The notes beneath the pieces were generated by a model that saw nothing but the letters and a program-made list of their open reading frames with translations, was not told the origin of the DNA and searched no databases. 64,000 nucleotides of DNA from Camelus dromedarius (Eukaryota): NCBI RefSeq assembly GCF_036321535.1, contig NC_087436.1:15996001-16060000 (forward strand), read 5' to 3'. The position numbers were made by a program, and so were the translations under genes. Below, in pieces: positions 53,891-64,000 of the stretch (position 1 is its first letter; the number at the start of each line of letters is the position of its first letter).

Positions 53891-56404
53891 CGGCAGAGAC
53901 AGAGGCAGGTCCTGGAAAAATAGAAGATGGCAGTAACAGAGAAATCCTAAACTGGATTCCAAGTGAGGGGTAAACAGAGTGGTTTTGTTCATTGTTTTTA
54001 CTTTTTTGTATAAAGCTGTCTTCTCTCTCTCTTTATATATACATTCTTGAGAATAAATTCTTTCCTAGTCCTAAGAATTTGTTTCATCTAAAGTATGCCA
54101 GCTTGCAAACCACCCTTCTGCTTCTATTCTAGCCTCCCTGCTATCATGAGTTACTGTTTTACAATGCTCAGCTAGGAATTATTGTGCAAAATAAGTTTGG
54201 AAAAGTAAAATGATATTAGGCAGTGACATTTATGTTAAATTTGAAATTTATATTAAATTACTGAATTCTTATATTTTCAGGAAGAAATAGTTTTATGGAG
54301 TATTTGCTCTGCCCTTCTAATTTTAGTAAAGTGGATGGATACATTGTAGTCTTCCTGATAAAGAGTCTTAACTTCCGGAAATGGGTACCGCCTCCGCTGG
54401 TTCTAAACTGAGAAGGGTCTAGATTGGCTTTGAATATATATGAAGCCTATTAAAGAATATTGAAACGTTTGTTTAAAAATACTCTTTTGTTGGTCGTCGG
54501 TCAGTTGTTTCTAAGGCTTCAGGCTTGTGTATTGTATGATATTAGAGTCTTTGCAGCTCTTATTCAGAGTTGTTACCTGAGCTTTACCTCAGAAAGGAGT
54601 AGAGAGAGATCAGTTTAAGGATTTTTGTGACACTGAAAGATTGACTATGCCATGTATGGGTGTGGGTGGGGAGAGATGTGAGCAAAACGATAGTTACGTG
54701 GAGAGTTAGGTAATAATTCTGCAGTATGAGAATAAAGACTATGTTAATAAATGGAAATACAGTCTGAGAAGTGAGGTTTTATTAGTTGTGATATTGCTGA
54801 AGAAAGACTTCGGAAACAGTTTTTGTCTCTCAGATTTGGTTTGTGAGTATTCTCTATAGTCAATTCTAAAGAAATTACAATGTTAGAAGGATTGCGAATT
54901 CAGAAACGTTTCTTCCATATTCTGAGTTGTTAGGGTGCAGAAAAGTGGTAAGTTCCCTTTCCCATCAGTGGTGAAGATGTTTAGTAGAGAAAATCTGACA
55001 GTTCCTACTAATGGGGGTCACAGAAAGCCCAGGAAACAGCAGTAATATTGGAAAACTCTCGGTGAAAATGTGTGTATGTGCTTATCCAAGGTCTAGACTA
55101 GTATAATCAGATGTGGACAATGGGCTGTAATGTAGTTATGGGAGATGGTTGTCATCATTACTATTATTTATTGAGCTGCTAGCGAGAATCTTTCCTAGTT
55201 GGTCACTTGATAGGGCTGTTTGTTTCCTAAGGCTGACACAAGCATTTTTTTTTCTCTTTGCTCTGTAGATATAAATTATACAGTTTTTCTTCTTAATATT
55301 AAAATATGTGAATGATTTTGTGCTTTACATTTAGAGATTTAATTTACTATACAGAAAACCTACTATTTTGAGGCTGCTCGTTATAATTAAACACTTAATT
55401 TATCTGTAATTCTTTGTTAGAAAGGATAGTTTTCACAGCTGTTAGATAAAATTACAGTTTTTAAATACTATATAATTTGTATATTTAGGTAAATATGCAC
55501 ATAGATGGAAAATTTTGTACAAAAGTATAATTTTTTTACTCATTTAGATAACTTATCACTTAATTTGTAAAGTCATCTTTATATTTTCTTAATCTATGTT
55601 TTTGTCTTTTCTTTATATGCAAAGAAACATAACTATTATAAAATATATAAAATATAAATAGTTATATTTCCTTGGATATAAAGTTATATTTCTTTGGGTA
55701 TAAAGAAAAAGTCATATTTGTGTGTCTAACTTAAATGGGAAGCATGTAGTCAGAGCATTCTGAAATATTGCATTTTAAAAGCATTTTGTGAATATGAAGA
55801 AAAAATGTATATGCGTTCTTTCTTATTTGAAAATATTATTACATACTTTATGTACATCCTAATCACATTTTAATATTCTTTTAAATAAATAAGTTTAGAT
55901 AGTTACAGTTTATATTATGCAGTGAAAATGTTCCAAACTTAAATTTCTGATATAATTGTATAACTAAAAAGCTATAGCGTTTTGCTTTTAATTACCTACA
56001 TAAATTTAGGTACTTGAGAATATTTACTTTAAAACATTACCACAGACTATCCATTTATCAAATAATGGTTGAGTACAGCCTACCTGAACAGTACCTCTTA
56101 GTTGTTATGGTTGATTTGAAAAAGAAGAATAAGTAAAAGACATACTTTCTTGATCAGTTGTGGTCTGATAGGGTAAATGGAAGAATATACGTAACAATCA
56201 AATAGAATTTTTATGATACTATATAAACAAGTATAATATAGGTATAAGATTGATACAAAATAAAAGCCTTTATGGGATAGAAATGCAGAATATTCCTTGG
56301 AAGGAAATAGGATTGGATTGGATCTTAATGAAAATTAAAATTTCGGATATAAAGAAAAGACAAAAAAATAGAATGGGAGTGGTTTAGGCACTCATTGTCT
56401 GTAA

Positions 56405-56955
56405 TTCATTTAGTACCTATTTATTGATTGTATTTCATGCGCCAGGCCCTGTTGTGGAGTCCGAGGATGTAGCTGTGAATCAGACTCTACAGTCTTGGAG
56501 GAGAAGACAAATAATACACAAGTTAATGAACAGATAGTAATAAATGCTTGGAAGAAAACAAAGCAGGATAATGTTATGAGAATGAAGAGGGAAAAGTTTA
56601 TAGGGCAGCCAATATAGATCGTTTAGAGATTTGTGAAGAAGTGACACTTGACTTGAATGAAGAGAAGTAGCCAACCAGATCTAGATCACAACATTTTAAG
56701 GGAGGGAATACCGAGAACAAAGGCCTTGAGGTGAGAATGATGTTTATAAATTATTTGAACAAAAAAAAAGGTCAGAGTGGGCTGAAGCAAAATGAGAAAG
56801 GGAGAGAGTGAGGTTTGAAAGTGTCAAAGGTATTCAGATATCAGATCACATAGACCCCTGTAAGCCATGGTAAGAAATTTGGTTTTAACTATGAGTAGTA
56901 AGAATACATTGAAGAGTTTTAAACAGAGGAATGGCATGGTATGACTTAGGGTTTT
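56405..56955 (-). mobile_element. L2 (3' part), interrupted by an L1
   Basis: tttattgattg...gcgccaggccctg, caaaggccttgaggtgagaatg and gtaagccatggtaagaaatttggtttt; continues after 58262. Confidence 0.8.
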
Positions 56956-58262
56956 ATATTTTGTCTTGTTGTTTAATGGTGACATTTAACTGAAGTGTTT
57001 ATTTTTAAAGTTTTAGTTTACTTATTTTTAACTGTGGTGAAATGCACATAATATAAAACTTACCACCTTAACCATTTCAAAATGTGCAGCTGGGTGGCAT
57101 TAAGTACTTTGACATTGTTGTGCAACCATCATCAACATTCATCTTCAGAACTCATTTCATCTTGCTTAACTGGAACTCTTTACTCATTAAGTAATTACCC
57201 ATTCCTCCCTCCCCGCCAGCCCCTGGCAACCACCACTGTACTTTCTGTCTTGATGAACTTAACTGCTCTAGGCATCTCATACAAGTGGAATCATACAGTA
57301 CTTCTCCTTTGATGTATGGCTTTTTTCACTTAGCTTAATGTCTTCACAGTTCCTCCATGTTGTAGAATGCTTTAGAATTTCCTTCCTTTTTAAGGCTGAG
57401 TAATATTCCACCATATTTATATACCACATTTTATTTAATCTATTCACACATTAACGGACACTGAGTTGCTTCCACTTCTGGTTTTTGTCAATCATGCTGC
57501 TAGTCCCTGCTTTCTATTCTTTTGGCCATATACCCAGAAGTGGAATTGCTAGATCATATGACACATGTAAGAATAAGATTCATGCAAAATATGGATCATA
57601 TTTTAACTTTTTGAAGAACTACCATACTGCTTTCTTTATGGCTGCACAATTTTACATTCCCATTCATAGTGCACAAGGGTTTCAATTTCTGCATGTCTTT
57701 GCTAGCACTAATTTTCTGTTTTGTTTTTTTTTTAATGTTAGCCATCCCAATGAGTGTGAGGTGTCGTATCTCACTGTGGTTTTCATTTGAATTTTCTTAA
57801 TTATTGGTGATGTTTAACCTCTTTTTTTTGTGCTTATTAGCTATTTGTATATCTTGAATAGCTATTCAATACTTTGCCAAGTGTTGAACTGGGTTGTTTA
57901 TTTTTGTTGTTACTGAGTTGCAAGAGTTCTTTATATATTTTGGATATTAATGCCTTAACAGGCATATGATTTGCAAATATTTTCTACTGTTCTGTGGATT
58001 GCCTTCTCACTTTGTCGATACACGGAAGTTTTAAATTTTGATGTCATTCAGTGACTTTTTTTCTTTTGTGTTTTCTTGGTGTCATATCCAAGAAATCATT
58101 GCCAAATCAGAGGTTATGAAGCTTTTCCCCTATGTTTTCTTCTAAGAGTTTTATAGTTGTATTACATTTAAAGCTTTATTCCATTTGAGTCAGTTTTTGT
58201 ACATCATATAAGGTAAGGGCCCATCCTTCTTTTGCATGTGGATATCCAGTTTTCTGTATATC
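56956..58262 (-). mobile_element. 5'-truncated L1 (L1MB-like) inserted into L2
   Basis: gtggcattaagtactttgacattgttgtgcaaccatca, cagcccctggcaaccacc and atatgatttgcaaatattttct. Putative TSD atgacttagggtttt (56941-56955) / atgacttaacgtttt (58263-58277). Confidence 0.9.
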
Positions 58263-58960
58263 ATGACTTAACGTTTTTAAAAGAATGAATGGTGATAGGA
58301 TCAGGGTATGGGACAAGAATGGAAGCAGATACATCAATGAAGATACCACTGAAATTTTTTAGGCAAGAGGTGAAGGTAGCTTAGACTGATGTGATAGCAG
58401 TGGTGACGGAGATAGACAGATATGTGATATAATTAAGAGTTAAAGCAGTAGAACGTGGCGTCATGAATTGAATTTGTAGGTGAGGGAAAGATAAACCAAG
58501 AATTAATCTTCGGGCTTATTTAGGGGGCCCCAAGTGCTATTTATTGAAGTATGAAAAGATGAGGTAGGGATAGGAGAAGAGATTTTTATTGACAGTGGGT
58601 AGGTAGAATCAAGAGTTCTGTTTTGGAAATAGTAAATTTGAAATGCCCATTGGGTAGCCAAGTTAGGATTTCAGTTGGATTGTATGAGTTGGAAATACAG
58701 GGAAGCAAGTTTAGGGTTAGAGATGATAGGAATCAGCAGCATGCAGGTGAGATTTAAAGGTCATAGGACATATGAAAATTAATTTAGATAGAGGAAACAA
58801 TTTAGAACTGTGCTCTGGGACACTACAAAATTTAGAGGTAGTACAAGAAGGAAGCAGTAGGAAGACAATGAAGAAGCAACTACTAAGTAGGAGGAAACCT
58901 AGGAATGTGCTGTATCTTGTTGAAAAAGAAAAGAGAAGAAAATGTTTTAAGAACCTTAAG
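58263..58960 (-). mobile_element. L2 continuation
   Basis: ggcaagaggtgaaggtagcttagact and aatcaagagttctgttttggaaatagtaaatttgaaatgcccatt are collinear with the piece at 56405-56955. Confidence 0.78.
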
Positions 58961-60489
58961 GTACTTATAACAGTTACCTTGCTAATTTGCATGTAGTCCT
59001 AACTTCTTATATTAAATTGCAAACTCCCTATGGACAATTTGATATATCTTTGTATTCCTCACATAGAGTAGCAGAGAATTGCCTGGCATAAGTGAGTGTT
59101 CAAAGAGTTTATTTTCCTTATAAGCACTGCTAGTTCCCTAGCAATGATCAGGCACTGTTCTGTGCTCTGGGGGATCTAAGGAAAATTTATTAAAGGTTAG
59201 TGCAATCTGGAATGGAAGATAGATTTCTAAATACATCACTGAGATGGTGTCATACAGAATGATACAATGTAATAAGGACCGCAAAAGAAGCATATGTACC
59301 TTCTGTTAGTTCTGTGGTGGGAAAACAGATGTAGAATTAAAAAAGGTTTTATATAGTTGACTTCTGAGTTGTACTTTGAAGGATTAATAAGATAGTGATG
59401 TCATTCCTGGCTGAGAGAATAGTAGGAACAGATGCAAAGAGGTGTAAAAATACAGGGTGTAATGTTGAGAAAGCAGTCTTAAAAGTATAAAGGAGTAGAA
59501 AAATTTCTGGAGATCATGGAAAGCTAGTTAATACTTTTTGAAAGTGTACAGTGATAATCAGATTTTCATTTGAGGAAAATAACCCTGGTGAAGCATTGGC
59601 TGGAATAATGAGACTAATGGGGAAAGTTTTACTATAGACTATTGTAATGTTTGAAATCATGATGTTGAATGCCTGAGGTAGTGGAAAATGTTACAGAGAG
59701 AACCAGCTTTTAGAGTTATTGCAGAGGTAGGATGGACAGTACTTGGTCTGTTGAACGTGAAGGGTGACAAAGAAGGGAAGAGTCAAATATGACTGATGTT
59801 TCTAGCTTCAGTAGCTAGGTAAATAGTGATATTTAATAAATGATGTTACATATCATCCACATAAATCTTCTGTACGATTATGGTGCACTATAAGTAAAAT
59901 AGTTTGTTTAGTATCACTTCTTTACACTTGAGAATATAAATGCTTATACACAGAGATACATAATTACTAAATATACACACAAACACCACAGATAACCATA
60001 TATGTTTCTGTAAATTTAGAAAAATGCAAGGACAGGAACACAAACTGTTAATAGTGATGTGGCTTATTCTGAAAAATGTACAGGCAAAGGGTTTGGGGAC
60101 TTTCCATTATTACTTTATTATCAAAGTGTTGCATAAGGTCTTTTTGGTAAAATGTATATTACTTTTATGCAAAAGCACCCCTCTCCCAAATCAAGACAGT
60201 ATTATCTGTCTATCTATCTAGATGTCTGTGCATAGTGTCATCTTGAAATATAAATGGCAAAAAGGGGTGTTTTGGTTCTTTTTAAAATAACATACATTTT
60301 TTTTTTCCTGTTAATAACTTCATTCATACTGTTGTCCACAGTGACCTTTCCTCTTGTTGCTTTTGCCCTTTAAGGCTCATCTTAATGCTCTAGCTGTCTG
60401 TTTGTGCTTTTTTCCATCTTGAGGAGCTCATAGTGATCTTTGCTTCTACTGAATTATGATAGCACATGTATTCTTCTGTTCTAATTTCA

Positions 60490-61060
60490 CTTGTATTGGT
60501 ACTAATCAGTTACCACAAACGTTGCTGCTTCAAACAACATAGCTTTATTATTTTACAGTTTCTTTGTGTCAGGCATCTGGGCACAACTCAACTGGATTCT
60601 CTGCTTAGGGTTTTACAAGTCAGCAATAAAGGTGTTGGCCAATAAAGGTGTTGGCTATGTTCTCCTGGGGAGGTTGGAGTCCACTTCTAAGCTCACATTG
60701 TTGTTGGCAGAATTTAGTTCCTTTCACTTGGGACTGAGGTCCCCATTTTCTTGTTGGCTGCACTAGGATCTGATCTCAGCTCCTAAAGGCTGTCTGAACC
60801 TCTTGTTGCATGGCCCTATCACAGCATGGCAGCTTACTTTTTCAAGGCTGGCAGGAGAATCTCTTCAGTCTGCTATGATATGTAACATATTATAGGAGTG
60901 TCTCTCCCATTACCTTTGCTGTATAAAGTAACCTAATTAAGGACTGTCTACCTCATCATCTTCACCATATTCTGTTTCCTAGAACCAAGTTAAACTCAGT
61001 GGGATGGGATCATATAAGACCTTGACTCATTTGAGATCACCATGGAGTATGTACACCATA
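60490..61060 (-). mobile_element. MaLR LTR (MLT1E/F-like)
   Basis: ttaccacaaac...aaacaaca...ttattattttacagttt, cacttctaagctcac...gttggcagaatttagttcc and ggactgaggtcccc. Confidence 0.82.
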
Positions 61061-61177
61061 GCATTTATATTAGAATTTAAAGCTGGAAAGGACCTCAGAG
61101 TATTCTTTCTCCCCAACTGAAATATAAGGAAAGCTCGTCTCCAGTGCTTAGCGTAATCTTTATAGCATAGTAAGTTC

Positions 61178-61269
61178 GGAGGGTGTAGCTCAGTGGTAGA
61201 GCACATGCTTAGCATGCGTGAGATCCTGGGTTCAATCCCCAGTACCTCCACTAAAAATAAATAAATAAA
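61178..61269 (+). mobile_element. tRNA-derived SINE (Vic-1-like), best-preserved copy
   Basis: ggagggtgtagctcagtggtagagcacatgcttagcatgcgtgagatcctgggttcaatccccagtacctcca plus (AAAT)n tail. TSD tatagcatagtaagt (61161-61175) / tatagcataataggt (61270-61284). Confidence 0.93.
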
Positions 61270-62119
61270 TATAGCATAATAGGTATTGAATAGATATTTG
61301 ACAGTGATTCAAAATGCAGAGGGAATTGTTGACAAAAATATTAATGGATCAGAGTAAGTACTCAGAAGACTTACTCAGCTGTAATGTGTGTAAAATGGTT
61401 AACACTTGATTTTTAGGACATCAGCTGTGAAATTGAGAGCATAAGTGAAATCTGGAAATTTTACAGAGGAAATATTGACAGTATTTGCTGAGTGATTAGA
61501 GGCCTGGAGGAGGAAGGCGGTAGCACAGAGGGAGGGACTACAGTAACTTTGAGGTTGCTTGTTTGAGGACTCGGAGGATGGTGTGCCATTGACTAATCAA
61601 TTCAATTAATATTTCAGGGCTGTGAGGCAATATATTGATGTTAAACTCACGATGTGGTTTTTGGTCTCTGGAGAGAAACTAAGAAGTACAAACCAGTATT
61701 TCACATCTATGCTCATGAAACCCATTGCTTTCTCTATTTGTAGAGTCATAGGAAGTTATTCATTAGCAGGTTTTAAAATTGCACTGGGGATTGTTTTTAT
61801 CTATATTGCCTGAATGTGTATTGTTTAATAACATTAAAAAAATACCTTAATGATGTTAACCCAGAATCATAGCTAGGACATTGCATTAACTTCTAAAATG
61901 TCTGGGAGACAGTTTGGGGGTAATGGAGAGGGTCTGATAGATCTGGAATCAAATTATAAAAAATGCGTATGAACTTAATAGAAATATGGAAAAAAGTGAT
62001 AGAAGAGCAGAAAGCCTTTTTATTTTCTTAAGGGATTTTCCATTTTCTTTTAATTATTGCTTGTTGTACAACTTAAAGAATAGAGAAATATAAGGACATA
62101 TAGCCCGACTTTGTAGAGA

Positions 62120-62356
62120 AGTGAGTGGCACACTTTTTTTAAAAGGCCAAGTAGTAAATATTTTAGACTTTGTGGGCCATATAGTCTCTGTCACTACCAC
62201 TCAACTTAATGTAGTATTGTGATGTGATGACAGCCATGGACAATTGTTGAACAGATAGGCATGGCATGGCTTTGTGCTAATAAAACTTTATTAACAAAAA
62301 TAATTGGCAGGCTAGATTTAGCTGACATGCCATGGTTCTAGTAATTCTGACCTTGT
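62120..62356. mobile_element. MER58A-like hAT-Charlie non-autonomous DNA transposon
   Basis: aaaggccaagtagtaaatattttagactttgtgggccatatagtctctgtcactaccactcaact and taataaaactttatt...ggcaggctagattt. Confidence 0.85.
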
Positions 62357-63443
62357 TCTGGGTAATTCTCATTTTGGTATATTTTCTTTCATATTCTTCC
62401 CCAAACTTACATTGTACATAATACTCTTCAAAAACTCTTTGCCACTCAATAATATATTGTGGAAAAATTTTGTTGTTAATCCAGAGGAATCTGTCTCATT
62501 ACATTATTTTATATTTTGGTTCTTTCAGTTTTTCACTTTTATAATGCCTTACAGTGAACTTGTTTGTACACACACGTATGTTTCTGCTGCACTTGTGAGA
62601 ACATGTTCATATGGCAAGTTACTAGGAGTGTAATGATTGTTTTGTATCAAAATCTATACATATGTAACTTATATTTTTGATAGAGATGGTGCTACAAAGA
62701 GAGTCAGGTACCCCATGGAATGTCCACAGACATGACATTGTTGATGACTGTTGGGTTTAACTTTTGTAGTTGGGCAGAATCTCATTGCAGTCTAGCCACT
62801 CCTGCTATTTACATTCAAAACATAATCCTAGTTCTGCCTATCCTGTCTTCCGAATTCTTTTTAAAGAAGGGAGTTTCAGAAGACCTATACATAGCAAACA
62901 TACCCAGAAGCCTCCTATTTATATAAATGAATCATTCTTTTGGTATTTGTGGTAGGTGAATGGTGTTGTGGAAGCATTCAGCAGAATGGGTCAATTGTTT
63001 ATAAATTCAGAGTATGTTATTGCAAAGTTTAGAACCATGTGATCATTACTAACATTCCACATGAACCATTTTATGGAGAGGTCTTTAGTAGCACCAAAGT
63101 TAATCATCTCTTAAACTCTTGACTCCTATTACCATAAATTAGTTAAAAGTTTTTTTTACAAGATGATTAATACAGTATATATTCTTTAGTGTGCAACTGC
63201 TCAACACTGTTTGTGAAAATAATTTTGTTATACATAGCCCTAGTTAATTCTTTTAAATCTATGAATATTCCACCATTTAAAAATTTATTTTATTTTACAT
63301 ACGCATTTGGGTATTTGTGAGTGTTTGGCTACTATAAATAAAATAGCTACTTTCTTTTAAATATATTTTGTGTTTATGAGAGTCGCTGTTGCTTCATATC
63401 CTTGGCAAATTTTGATAGTATCTGTTTTTTAAATATAGTCATT

Positions 63444-64000
63444 CTGTTTTCTACAGTGGCTGCACCAAACTGCATTCCCACGAGCAGTGTAGGAGGGTTC
63501 CCTTTTCTCCACAGCCTCTCCAGCATTTGTCATTTGTGGACTTTTGAATGATGGTCATTCTGACTGGTGTGAGGTGATACCTCATTGTAGTTTCGATTTG
63601 CATTTCTCTGATAATTAGTGATATTGAGCATTTTTTCATGTGCCTATTGATCATTTGTATTTCTTCCTTGTAGAATTGCTTGTTTAGGTCTTCTGCCCAT
63701 TTTTGGATTGGGTTGTTTGTTTTTTTTCTTATAAAGTCATATGAGCTGGTTATATATTCTGGAGATCAAGCCTTTGTCGGTTTCATCATTTGCAAAAATT
63801 TTCTCCCATTCCATAGGTTATCGTTTTGTTTCACTTATGGTTTCCTTTGCTGTGCAGAAGCTTGTAAGTTTAATTAGGTCCCATTTGTTTATTCTTGCTT
63901 TTTTTTCTATTGCTTGGGTAGACTTCCCTAGTAGAGCATATTTGAGATGTATGTCAGATAATGTTTTGCCTATATTTTCTTCTAGGAGGTTTATTGTATC
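63444..64000 (-). mobile_element. Relatively young L1, ORF2 C-terminal region, running off the window end
   Basis: ORF 63451..63654 [31 protein letters not shown]...[19 protein letters not shown] is the L1 ORF2 cysteine-rich (CCHC) domain. Confidence 0.95.

Larger units (their letters stand above)
1..64000 (+). other. LRBA: Internal portion of the LRBA transcription unit (4 coding exons plus introns; gene start and end lie outside the window)
   Basis: Four phase-compatible exons splice into a peptide I recognise as LRBA. Residues IEGTSLVCMKSSSSVV and ELVNEGR match LRBA as recalled, rather than the paralogue NBEA (recalled as KSSTSVV and ELINEGR). No start codon exon, promoter island or terminal exon is visible. 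Confidence 0.93.

Noticed and set aside
61178..61250. Possible tRNA gene (also at 14564 and 25789)
   Set aside because: A-rich tails, target-site duplications on two copies and three diverged copies indicate SINE retroposition. ORFs 14406..14639 and 61027..61251 are antisense SINE read-throughs.
1..64000. Nested MAB21L2 gene known from an LRBA intron
   Set aside because: No long single-exon minus-strand ORF or CpG island is present; it is expected in a later intron outside this window.
1..64000. CRISPR arrays, operons or other prokaryote-style systems
   Set aside because: No regularly spaced repeats or dense ORFs; the sequence is mammalian intron/exon DNA.

Overview
AT-rich mammalian genomic DNA lying wholly inside the large gene LRBA (BEACH-domain family), transcribed on the + strand. 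Four short coding exons (9120-9198, 10963-11096, 17681-17742, 40887-40951) have canonical AG/GT boundaries and matching phases. They splice into one open frame: (G)[112 protein letters not shown](R). The remaining >99% is intron filled with transposon fossils: L2, MIR, old L1M/HAL1, MaLR/ERVL solo LTRs, Tigger, MER58 and a piggyBac-type Looper. Three short tRNA-derived SINEs and a young L1 point to a camelid genome. Repeat subfamily names come from recalled consensus sequences and need RepeatMasker/Dfam confirmation. I found no convincing evidence of a previously undescribed biological system. The most notable items are structural: a head-to-head Tigger1 pair forming a ~750-bp inverted repeat, a piggyBac transposase fossil interrupted by a SINE, two probable twin-primed L1 inversions, an 83-nt purine-pyrimidine alternation next to a splice donor, and two candidate ETS/STAT motif clusters.
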